40,041 nt of DNA, taken from the NCBI GenBank assembly GCA_003670425.1, contig QWRL01000002.1, positions 4,955-44,995 of the forward strand. The letters run 5' to 3'. How positions within the stretch are numbered: position 1 is the first letter of the stretch; each line of letters opens with the position of its first letter. Shown here in pieces: positions 32,864 to 40,041 of the stretch. Under the pieces are notes generated by a model, which worked only from the letters and a program-made list of their open reading frames with translations, was not told the origin of the DNA and searched no databases. This DNA is from Chloroflexota bacterium. GTDB taxonomy: Bacteria; Chloroflexota; Anaerolineae; Anaerolineales; UBA11657. A program made the position numbers and the translations under genes.

Positions 32864-34759
32864 ATGTCCCTAAAACAACAACCGACGCCGCTGCCATTTA
32901 CCCAAGTGCAATTGCACGATGCGTTTTGGGCGCCGCGCATGCTAGCCAACCGCAGCGCCACATTGCCCGCCGAGTATGCGCAGCTGGAGAGCACCGGTCG
33001 CCTGGCAGCGCTCGAACTTGCCTGGCAGCCCGGCGCCGGCAATCCGCCGCACATCTTTTGGGACTCAGATATTGCCAAGTGGATCGAAGCCGCCGCTTAC
33101 GCGCTTGCCGCGCAGTTTGATGCGCAGCTGGACGCGCAGCTCGATGCAGTCATTGCGCGCCTTGCGCGCGCGCAGCAACCGGACGGGTATCTCAACACGC
33201 ACTTCATTGTCACGGAGCGGGCCGGCTTGCAGCGGCGCTGGACAAACTTGCGCGACTCGCACGAGCTTTACTGCGCCGGCCATCTGATTGAGGCGGCGGT
33301 TGCACATTTTGAGGCCACCGGCAAACGCACGCTGCTGGATGTGATGTGCCGCTATGCGGACTGCATTGACCGCAGCTTTGGCCGCGGTGCGCAGCAGCAG
33401 CGCGGTTATCCCGGCCATGAGGAGATAGAGCTTGCGCTTGTAAAACTGCATCGGGCCACAGGGGAGGCGCGTTATCTGGCACTGGCGCGCTACTTCATTG
33501 ACGAGCGCGGGCAGCAGCCGCACTATTTTGATGGCGAAGCGCGCGCGCGCGGCGAGGATCCGGCGCAGTTCCGCTTTACCAATTACGAGTACAACCAGTC
33601 ACACCTGCCGGTGCGCCAGCAGACTGTGGTGACCGGGCACGCCGTGCGTGCCATGTATCTCTATTCCGCCATGGCAGATGTGGCCAACGCGGACGGAGAT
33701 GCAGGCCTGCTGGCCGCCAGTCAGCGCTTGTGGCACAGTGTTGTGGACGAGCGCATGTATATCACCGGCGGCATCGGGCCGGCAGCCAGCAATGAGGGCT
33801 TTACACACGCGTACGACCTGCCGGACGAGACTGCATATGCGGAGACCTGCGCTGCAATTGGCATGGTGTTTTGGAATCAGCGCCTGCTGCAATTTGCGGG
33901 GGACGGGCGCTACGCAGATGTGCTTGAGCGCGCGCTCTACAACGGCGTGCTGAGCGGCGTCTCGCTGGATGGCTTGCGCTTCTTCTATGAGAACCCGCTG
34001 GCCTCGCGCGGTGCGCATCACCGCGCCGAATGGTTTGATTGCGCCTGCTGCCCGCCCAACATTGCGCGCCTGATGGCCGGTGTGGGTGGGTACTTTTACT
34101 CCACGGCGGCACGCAGCTTGTGGGTACACCTGTATGCTGCCGGCACGGCTGCGGCGCAGGTGAATGGTGCGACCGTGCGCATTGCGCAGCACACGCAATA
34201 CCCATGGGATGGGCGCGTGGAGCTAACCATTGAACCGGAACGGCCGTTGCGCTTTGCCCTGCACCTGCGCGTGCCCGGCTGGTGCCGGCGCTTCACACTG
34301 GCGGTCAATGGCAAACGCGTTGCGGTTCGGGCGCGCAAAGGTTATGTTGCGGTGCGGCGCTTGTGGCGCACTGGGGACAAGCTGCTGCTGCAGCTGGCAA
34401 TGCCCGTGCGCTTGACGCGCGCCAATCCGCACGTGCGCCAAATGGCGGGCCGCGTGGCGGTCGAGCGCGGTCCGCTAGTGTATTGCCTGGAGGGCACAGA
34501 CCACAAACACGCAGAGCTCGATGACATTGCGCTGCCGCTGCGGGCGCGCTGGACGGTGGTGCAGCGCCCGCAATTATTGGGCGGGGTTGCGGTGCTGCGC
34601 ACGCGGGGCTTGGCTGCCAAGCCGTGGCGCGGCGGCCTTTATGCCGAAGCCCAGACCATTGCCGACCAGCCGGTAAATATTACGGCAGTGCCCTACTGCG
34701 TGTGGGACAACCGCGCACCCGGTGAGATGCGCGTCTGGCTGCGCACGGCTGCGAAATAA
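32864..34759 (+). CDS. glycoside hydrolase family 127 (DUF1680, beta-L-arabinofuranosidase-like)
   Basis: About 630 aa. QLHDAFWAPR near the N-terminus, HELYCAGHLIEAA, GHEEIELALVKL, ETCAAIG and CCPPNIARL are typical of DUF1680/GH127. ATG 32864 is chosen. The track extension to 32687 crosses the divergent promoter region. Confidence 0.85.
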   Translation: MSLKQQPTPLPFTQVQLHDAFWAPRMLANRSATLPAEYAQLESTGRLAALELAWQPGAGNPPHIFWDSDIAKWIEAAAYALAAQFDAQLDAQLDAVIARLARAQQPDGYLNTHFIVTERAGLQRRWTNLRDSHELYCAGHLIEAAVAHFEATGKRTLLDVMCRYADCIDRSFGRGAQQQRGYPGHEEIELALVKLHRATGEARYLALARYFIDERGQQPHYFDGEARARGEDPAQFRFTNYEYNQSHLPVRQQTVVTGHAVRAMYLYSAMADVANADGDAGLLAASQRLWHSVVDERMYITGGIGPAASNEGFTHAYDLPDETAYAETCAAIGMVFWNQRLLQFAGDGRYADVLERALYNGVLSGVSLDGLRFFYENPLASRGAHHRAEWFDCACCPPNIARLMAGVGGYFYSTAARSLWVHLYAAGTAAAQVNGATVRIAQHTQYPWDGRVELTIEPERPLRFALHLRVPGWCRRFTLAVNGKRVAVRARKGYVAVRRLWRTGDKLLLQLAMPVRLTRANPHVRQMAGRVAVERGPLVYCLEGTDHKHAELDDIALPLRARWTVVQRPQLLGGVAVLRTRGLAAKPWRGGLYAEAQTIADQPVNITAVPYCVWDNRAPGEMRVWLRTAAK

Positions 34760-34860
34760 TTATCAGCTGTTGTTGCGCCTAGAACTTCAAGAGCGGACGG
34801 GATTGAGCTGTGCATCTTCTTTGCCGGCCTGCGTGGGATGAGCTGCCCCCAACTGTCTAT

Positions 34861-34890
34861 TTACAAAACTTGTTTGAATCAGTGTATACT
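34861..34890 (+). promoter_or_regulatory. putative sigma-70-type promoter TTACAA-N18-TATACT
   Basis: TTACAA lies at 34861-34866 and TATACT at 34885-34890, in an AT-rich island about 100 nt downstream of the GH127 stop. Confidence 0.5.
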
Positions 34891-34896
34891 GCGGGA

Positions 34897-35175
34897 GTAA
34901 TGGGCCACGGCCTAAGTAAATGATGCGCGATTACTATTCAAACACCACTGCCGAAGTTTGCACTGCACTGCAACCTGTGCAGTGTGTGGCTGGCGCAGCG
35001 CGCAGCACCATGCTGGCGCAGTATTTGCCTGTGGCATCGATTGTTAAGTTCTCGAAGCAGTTGAAGCAACCCGCAAGGGCCTTCAGTTGTTTTACTTAGG
35101 GGTGCGGCAAGCCTAAGCCCCTGGCAATTACGCAACTTGAAGGCCTCTCCATGTGAGAGGCTTTTTTATTTATTT
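34897..35175 (+). promoter_or_regulatory. structured leader (candidate translation-sensing attenuator) or stand-alone small RNA upstream of the homocitrate synthase operon
   Basis: The unit is bounded by the promoter above and a strong intrinsic terminator. A 12-bp helix, 35078-35089 with 35133-35145, shares 5 nt with the terminator 5' arm and so competes with it. It contains a 7-codon mini-ORF (34900-34923) overlapping, via ATGA, a 59-codon ORF (34920-35099). Confidence 0.55.
35141..35175 (+). terminator. intrinsic terminator 6 nt upstream of the homocitrate synthase ATG
   Basis: The stem is aggcctctc pairing with gagaggctt, with loop catgt, followed by ttttttatttattt. Confidence 0.85.
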
Positions 35176-35180
35176 CTGGC

Positions 35181-36539
35181 ATGAATCACTTCACCGCATA
35201 CACCCCGCGCCCGCTGGAGATTATTGACTCCACGCTGCGCGAGGGGCAGCAGACTTCACTATTGCATGACCATCAGCGCTACTTCTTCTCGCGCGAGGAC
35301 AAAGAGGAAATTCTGCGCGCGCTGATTCTTTACGGCGTAAAGTTCGTCGAGTTGTTTTCGCCGGCTGTCAGCGCCCGCGAGCGCGCCGATTGGGCCGCGC
35401 TGCGGGCCGTGCGTGACGCGCTCATAACGCAGAAGGGCTACACTTTTCTGCTGGCGCACGTGCGCTGCCATCCGCACGATGTGGCGGCTGCGATTGCTGC
35501 GGGTGCGGACGGCTTGAATGTTTACATTGGCACCTCCGCCGAGTCGCGCACGTTCAATCACGGCCATGATCTGGCCGGCATTGTGCTGAGGGCGCGCGCC
35601 CTGCTTGAGGATGTGCGCCGCAGCCACCCGCAGTTGGTGCTGCGATTTTCTGGCGAGGATGCATTTCGCACCAGCCCGGCTGATCTTTTCCGGGTCTACG
35701 ATGAGATTGCGCCACTGGTGCACCGCCTTGGTTTACCGGATACGGTGGGCGTGGCTACGCCGGCCAGTGTGGCAGCGCGTGTGACGGCGTTGCGCACGCG
35801 CTATCCAGTGCTGGAGTTGGAGGGGCATTTTCACAATGATCGCGGGCTGGCGTTGGTAAACGCGCTGGAGGCCGTGAAAAATGGGGTGCGCTTTTGCAAC
35901 ACCACCGTGTGCGGTGTTGGCGAACGCTCGGGCATTACATCGCTTACCAGCCTGCTCTTTAATTTGCATGCGGACCGCGACTATGACCGGCTGGAGGGCT
36001 ATCAGCTGCGCGGTTCTTACCCCATCAATGTGCTGGTGGCGGACAAGCTGCGCATGCTGGTGCCATCCACCGAGCCGGTGAGCCTTACCAACCGGACGCA
36101 CACCGCCGGCGTGCACCAAAGCGCCGTGCTGCGCGGCGCAGCCAGCTACGAGGCGCACCCGCTGGATAACTTTGGGGTGAGCGAGAGCGGCATACTGCTC
36201 GGGCCACTCTCGGGCTGGAACATCATCCATTATTTTTTGAAGGAGATTCGCTACTTTCAATTAGATGAAGATACTGCGCGCCAGATTGCGCGCGTGTTCA
36301 AGGAGCGTGTGTACGGCATACAGCCGGACGAATCACCGGAGGAACTGCTGACAGCGATTGCGGAGCGGGAGTTTGGCCTTGTGCATGCGCAGCTCCCGCT
36401 GGCGGCAAGCCCGATTGTGCAGCGCTTGGACTCCCCGCTGCCGGGCCAGGTGCGGCGGATTGCCACCGCCAAACCGCCTGCTGAGCGCGCGAATGTTGCT
36501 GCAGCGCTGCAAGCATTTGAGTCACAATCAAATGGTTAG
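35181..36539 (+). CDS. homocitrate synthase (HMGL-like / LeuA-NifV family)
   Basis: [50 protein letters not shown] and [12 protein letters not shown] track the Thermus-type homocitrate synthase pattern ([42 protein letters not shown]). Confidence 0.85.
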   Translation: MNHFTAYTPRPLEIIDSTLREGQQTSLLHDHQRYFFSREDKEEILRALILYGVKFVELFSPAVSARERADWAALRAVRDALITQKGYTFLLAHVRCHPHDVAAAIAAGADGLNVYIGTSAESRTFNHGHDLAGIVLRARALLEDVRRSHPQLVLRFSGEDAFRTSPADLFRVYDEIAPLVHRLGLPDTVGVATPASVAARVTALRTRYPVLELEGHFHNDRGLALVNALEAVKNGVRFCNTTVCGVGERSGITSLTSLLFNLHADRDYDRLEGYQLRGSYPINVLVADKLRMLVPSTEPVSLTNRTHTAGVHQSAVLRGAASYEAHPLDNFGVSESGILLGPLSGWNIIHYFLKEIRYFQLDEDTARQIARVFKERVYGIQPDESPEELLTAIAEREFGLVHAQLPLAASPIVQRLDSPLPGQVRRIATAKPPAERANVAAALQAFESQSNG

Positions 36540-37863
36540 TTCAGTGCGCACGGGCAAAACATTTGCGGAGAAGGCGCTGGCGCGCGCAGCCGGATTGCAA
36601 ACAACAATTGCCGGGCAAGTGGTGGATGCCCGGCCGGATGTGGTGCTGTCGCATGACAACACGGCGGCAATCGCAAAGATTTTTCGCAGCATCGGGCTGC
36701 AGCGCGTGGCAATTGCGGAGCGGCTTGTGGTTACGCTTGACCATGCGGTGCCGGCGCCAACCCCGCAGCATGCGCGTAACCACGCCGAAGTGCGCGCGTT
36801 TGTGCAGGAGCAGGGCATCCGGCATTTCTTTGAAGTGGGGCGCGGCATCTGCCATCAAGTAATTACGGAAGAAGCGCTGATCCTTCCCGGGCAGCTGATC
36901 ATTGGCGCAGATTCACACACCACACACTTTGGCGCGCTGGGGGCTTTCGGCGTTGGCGTGGGTCGCACAGAGGTGGCGGCGCTGTGGGCCACGGGTGAGC
37001 TGTGGTTGCGCGTGCCGGAGAGCATCAAGATTGTGGTGACGGGCGCGTTGGGCAAAGGCATCTCTGCCAAAGATTTTTGCCTGCATTTGATCGGACAGTT
37101 GGGGGCAGAGGGCGGGCGCTATCAATCGATTGAGTTTTCCGGCGCAGCGATCGACAGCTTGTCTTTGGACAGCCGCATGGTGATCCCGAACATGATGGCG
37201 GAGTTTGGCGCCAAGAATGCGTACCTTGCACCGGATGAAAAAGTGTTTGACTATTTGGCCGGGCGCGCATGCCGGCGGCTGCAGCTTGCCAGCGGCAGCC
37301 CGCAGGCGGCACAACTGGCAGACAGCTTGCGGGCAGGCGCGCTCTATCCAGACGCAGCTGCAATCTACAGCGCAGAGCATACATTTGACGCAGCCGCCAT
37401 TCAACTTACAGTTGCCTGCCCGCACACGGGGGACGCAGCGCGGCCGCTGGCGGAAGTGCGCGGCATCCGCGTGCAGCAGGCATTTATTGGAACGTGCACC
37501 AACGGGCGCTTGGAAGATTTGGCGCTGGCGGCGGAAGTGCTGCGCGGCCAGCGCGTGGCAGCGGGCACGCGCCTGCTGGTTGTACCTGCATCTTCGCAAG
37601 TGTATGCGGATGCGATCGAGCGCGGGTACATGCAGATATTGCTGGCAGCGGGCGCGGCGATTGGCACGCCGGGCTGCGGGCCGTGCATGGGCAACCACAT
37701 GGGCGTGCTGGCGCCTGGTGAAGTTTGCATCTCCAGCGCCAACCGCAACTTCAAGGGGCGCATGGGCGAGCCGGACGCCGAGATTTATTTGGCGAGTCCC
37801 GCGGTGGTTGCCGCTGCGGCAGTTGCGGGCTACATCATTGATCCACGGGAAATTGGAAACTAG
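36532..37863 (+). CDS. homoaconitase / 3-isopropylmalate dehydratase large subunit (archaeal-type)
   Basis: [41 protein letters not shown] and [11 protein letters not shown] carry aconitase-family Fe-S ligand motifs. ATG 36532 overlaps the upstream stop (ATGGTTAG). Confidence 0.9.
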   Translation: MVSSVRTGKTFAEKALARAAGLQTTIAGQVVDARPDVVLSHDNTAAIAKIFRSIGLQRVAIAERLVVTLDHAVPAPTPQHARNHAEVRAFVQEQGIRHFFEVGRGICHQVITEEALILPGQLIIGADSHTTHFGALGAFGVGVGRTEVAALWATGELWLRVPESIKIVVTGALGKGISAKDFCLHLIGQLGAEGGRYQSIEFSGAAIDSLSLDSRMVIPNMMAEFGAKNAYLAPDEKVFDYLAGRACRRLQLASGSPQAAQLADSLRAGALYPDAAAIYSAEHTFDAAAIQLTVACPHTGDAARPLAEVRGIRVQQAFIGTCTNGRLEDLALAAEVLRGQRVAAGTRLLVVPASSQVYADAIERGYMQILLAAGAAIGTPGCGPCMGNHMGVLAPGEVCISSANRNFKGRMGEPDAEIYLASPAVVAAAAVAGYIIDPREIGN

Positions 37864-37902
37864 CGCATTGCCACCACGCTGCGCGCGGCCGGGCAGCCCG
37901 CA

Positions 37903-38457
37903 ATGAATGCTGCAGCACCAGCTGAAGCAGCGCGGTCTGGCTGCGCTGGCCGGGTTTGGAAGTACGGCGATGGCGTGAACACAGATGTGCTGTTTCCCGG
38001 CAAGTACACATATACGCTGCGGGCCGCGGCGGACATTGCTGCGCATGCGCTGGAAGACTTGGACCCATTGTTTACCGCCGGGGCAGTGGCCGGCGATGTG
38101 ATTGTGGCGGGCCGCAACTTCGGGAACGGCAGTTCACGGGAGCAAGCTGTTACCTGCCTGCTGTATCGCGGCGTGGCGGCGGTTGTGGCGCGGTCTTTTG
38201 CGCGCATCTATTTTCGCAACGGCATCAACCAGGGCCTGCTGCTCATCACTTGCCCGGCGGTGGTGGACGCAGCGCAAACGGGCGATGCGATTGAGATTGA
38301 CCTTGCGCAGAGCATCATCCGGCTCAACGGTGCAGCGCACGCCTTTCCGCCGCTCTCGCCCAACATGCGCAGCATCATTGCCGCTGGCGGCTTGGTGGCG
38401 CACGTGCGGCACAAACTTGGCTTGAGCAGCACCACCGCGGTTAAGTTCTCTGAATGA
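37903..38457 (+). CDS. homoaconitase / 3-isopropylmalate dehydratase small subunit
   Basis: GRVWKYGDGVNTDVLFPGKY, AGRNFGNGSSREQAV and ARSFARIYFRNGINQGL are LeuD/HacB motifs. Confidence 0.9.
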   Translation: MNAAAPAEAARSGCAGRVWKYGDGVNTDVLFPGKYTYTLRAAADIAAHALEDLDPLFTAGAVAGDVIVAGRNFGNGSSREQAVTCLLYRGVAAVVARSFARIYFRNGINQGLLLITCPAVVDAAQTGDAIEIDLAQSIIRLNGAAHAFPPLSPNMRSIIAAGGLVAHVRHKLGLSSTTAVKFSE

Positions 38458-39524
38458 TTGAAGATTGCGTGATGACCACACTCTCCGCGCCCGCACCGCC
38501 AAGTTTGCCAGCCACAATTGTGTTGATTGCCGGCGATGGTGTGGGGCAGGAGGTGATCCCCGCGGCGGCGGAGGTGTTGGCTGCCCTGGGATTGGGGCTC
38601 AAGTTTGTGGAGGCGCCGGCTGGCTTCGGACATTTTATGCGCACTGGAAATGCAATCCCTGCCGAAACGCTGGCCGCGGTGCGAGCTGCCGGTGTGGCGC
38701 TTTTTGGTGCCACTGCATCGCCTTCCACTGATGTGCGCGGGTATCAAAGCCCGATTCTTGTCATGCGCCGGGAGTTTGATTTATACGCGAATCTGCGCCC
38801 CGCGTTTTCGCTGCCGGGCAGCTATGCGCGCGCCAATGTGGACCTGCTGATTGTGCGCGAAAACACCGAAGGCCTGTATTCCGGCCGGGAGCGGCGCGAG
38901 GGTGATACGGCGATTGCGGAACGGGTGATTACTGTGCGCGGCTCAGAGCGCATTGCGCGCATGGCATTTACGCAGGCGCAGGCGCGGCAGCGGCCGGCTG
39001 GCCGTGGCGGGCCATGCGTCACAATTGTGCACAAAGCCAATGTTCTAAAAATTACCGATGGCTTGTTTCGGGAAACATGCCTGCAGGTGGCTGCGGAGTT
39101 TCCGGATGTGGCGGTGAACGAAGTGCTGGTGGACACGATGGCGCTGCGCTTGATGCGTGACCCGCAGGCATTTGATGTGATTGTCACAACTAATTTGTTT
39201 GGCGACATCTTGTCGGATGAGGCCAGCGGGTTGATGGGCGGGTTGGGCGTGGCGCCATCGGCTAATGTGGGCGGGCAGGCGGCAGTCTTCGAGCCGGTGC
39301 ATGGCTCGGCTCCGGACATTGCCGGCCACGGCTGGGCCAATCCGGTTGGCACGCTGCTAGCGGCAGCCATGTTGCTGGTGCACATCGGGCACCACACTGC
39401 CGCCGGGCGCGTGCGCCAGGCGGTGATGGATACGCTGCGCGCCGGCATCCTAACGCCGGACCTCGGCGGCACAGCCACCACAAAAGCTGTCACCCGCAGA
39501 GTGATTGCGGGGTTGGAAGTGTGA
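38454..39524 (+). CDS. homoisocitrate dehydrogenase-like beta-decarboxylating dehydrogenase (isocitrate/isopropylmalate DH family)
   Basis: IVLIAGDGVGQEVIPAA, FVEAPAGFGHFMRTGNAIPAETL, DLYANLRPA, LLIVRENTEGLY, NLFGDILSD and FEPVHGSAPDIAGHGWANP. The first half closely parallels Thermus homoisocitrate dehydrogenase. Its ATG overlaps the upstream TGA (ATGA at 38454-38457). Confidence 0.88.
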   Translation: MIEDCVMTTLSAPAPPSLPATIVLIAGDGVGQEVIPAAAEVLAALGLGLKFVEAPAGFGHFMRTGNAIPAETLAAVRAAGVALFGATASPSTDVRGYQSPILVMRREFDLYANLRPAFSLPGSYARANVDLLIVRENTEGLYSGRERREGDTAIAERVITVRGSERIARMAFTQAQARQRPAGRGGPCVTIVHKANVLKITDGLFRETCLQVAAEFPDVAVNEVLVDTMALRLMRDPQAFDVIVTTNLFGDILSDEASGLMGGLGVAPSANVGGQAAVFEPVHGSAPDIAGHGWANPVGTLLAAAMLLVHIGHHTAAGRVRQAVMDTLRAGILTPDLGGTATTKAVTRRVIAGLEV

Positions 39525-39670
39525 GCAAAGGCTGCGCTGCCAAACAGCGCGGCGTGCTTTGTGCGGCTCGCAGCAATCCGCAGCTGGGCGGAATCCAGTG
39601 AACGATCTTAGAATACCTTGCGGCTGGTATTTTCACACGCAGGATTGGTGCCTGGCACTAAGGCAGATTT

Positions 39671-40041
39671 ATGAGTACAACAATTTCCATTGCAACAGAA
39701 GTTACAGACGAACTCGTGCAGGCCTTTGCCCAACTTGTTCCGCAACTGTCTGCGGCGAACCCACCACCCACGCGTGAGCAACTACAGACAATTGTTTCTT
39801 CCGAAGCAAGCACTATTTTTATTGCCTGGGTCGATGGCAACATTGTTGGTTCGCTCACGCTCGCCGTGTTTTCGATCCCTACCGCAACCCGGGCGTGGGT
39901 GGAAGATGTTGTGGTTGCCGAATCTGCGCGTCGGCGTGGCGTGGGCGCAGCGCTGAATGCCGCGGCTATTGCTGAGGCGCGGCGCCGCGGGGCACTTACG
40001 GTGGAGGTTAAGTCGCCCCCCGCCCGCCGCCCCGGCCAACG
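39671..40041 (+). CDS. GNAT family N-acetyltransferase (3' end outside window)
   Basis: The ATG at 39671 stays open to the window end, so it is absent from the ORF track. It encodes MSTTISIATEVTDELVQAFAQLVPQLS...IVGSLTLAVFSIPTATRAWVEDVVVAESARRRGVGAALNAAAIAEARRRGALTVEV. This carries the GNAT motif A (E-D-V-x-V-x6-RRRGVG). Confidence 0.7.
   Translation, partial: MSTTISIATEVTDELVQAFAQLVPQLSAANPPPTREQLQTIVSSEASTIFIAWVDGNIVGSLTLAVFSIPTATRAWVEDVVVAESARRRGVGAALNAAAIAEARRRGALTVEVKSPPARRPGQ

Noticed and set aside
34930-35045. Cys-rich peptides in alternative frames of the hcs leader (e.g. LHCTATCAVCGWRS...ACGIDC) as possible RiPP precursors
   Set aside because: The Cys codons come from the TGC/GCA-rich hairpin repeats (cactgca/tgcagtg). 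There is no good start or SD and no maturation enzymes nearby, and the flanking genes are primary metabolism.
34897-35175. Lysine riboswitch (L-box) or T-box as the identity of the hcs leader
   Set aside because: By eye I could not find the L-box AGAGGNGC core and its conserved loops, and I found no GGTGGTACC T-box sequence. A covariance-model scan would still be decisive.
36913-38046. 377-aa ORF on the minus strand
   Set aside because: It is antisense to the homoaconitase large and small subunit genes, with the same Arg/Ala/Cys-rich shadow composition.
1-40041. CRISPR arrays, IS elements, integrases, prophage or defence-island signatures, rRNA/tRNA genes
   Set aside because: I saw no regularly spaced direct repeats, no transposase, recombinase or phage-like ORFs and no terminal inverted repeats. 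Gene content is housekeeping and metabolic throughout.

Overview
High-GC bacterial chromosomal window, densely packed with core housekeeping and metabolic genes. I saw no rRNA, tRNA, CRISPR array, transposase or integrase. The combination of T-box leader, many apparently leaderless genes, a bacterial Elp3 and an alpha-aminoadipate-type lysine cluster suggests a Chloroflexota-like organism, but that is only inference.

Confident genes: serC, pheS and pheT (behind a Phe-specific T-box leader), rpsA, clpC, radA, a thiolase, two PLP aminotransferases, an M20 peptidase, a LysM-M23 peptidase, a PIG-L deacetylase, a CHASE2 class III nucleotidyl cyclase, a Trx-TPR protein, a DUF711 protein, a creatininase-family protein, a GH127 protein, and an operon of homocitrate synthase, homoaconitase large and small subunits, and homoisocitrate dehydrogenase.

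Most long ORFs in the six-frame track are GC-driven shadow frames. Several real genes start well downstream of the longest-ORF start.

Most interesting observations:
1. A ChlI-type AAA+ ATPase frame ends, and a ChlD-type linker+VWA frame with no start codon opens, in a 33-nt overlap that contains an A9 run. A -1 shift (ribosomal, transcriptional slippage, or an assembly indel) would join them.
2. The same operon is translationally coupled to a class V PLP enzyme, and no chelatase catalytic subunit is in view.
3. A bacterial Elp3 (radical SAM + GNAT) is divergently paired with a Trm9-like methyltransferase. They share a 22-bp spacer with overlapping face-to-face -10 boxes, so both look leaderless.
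4. A promoter-to-terminator unit lies upstream of the homocitrate synthase operon. It has an antiterminator/terminator alternative and coupled mini-ORFs carrying a K-x-x-K-x-x-K codon cluster, which suggests a lysine-sensing leader-peptide attenuator.
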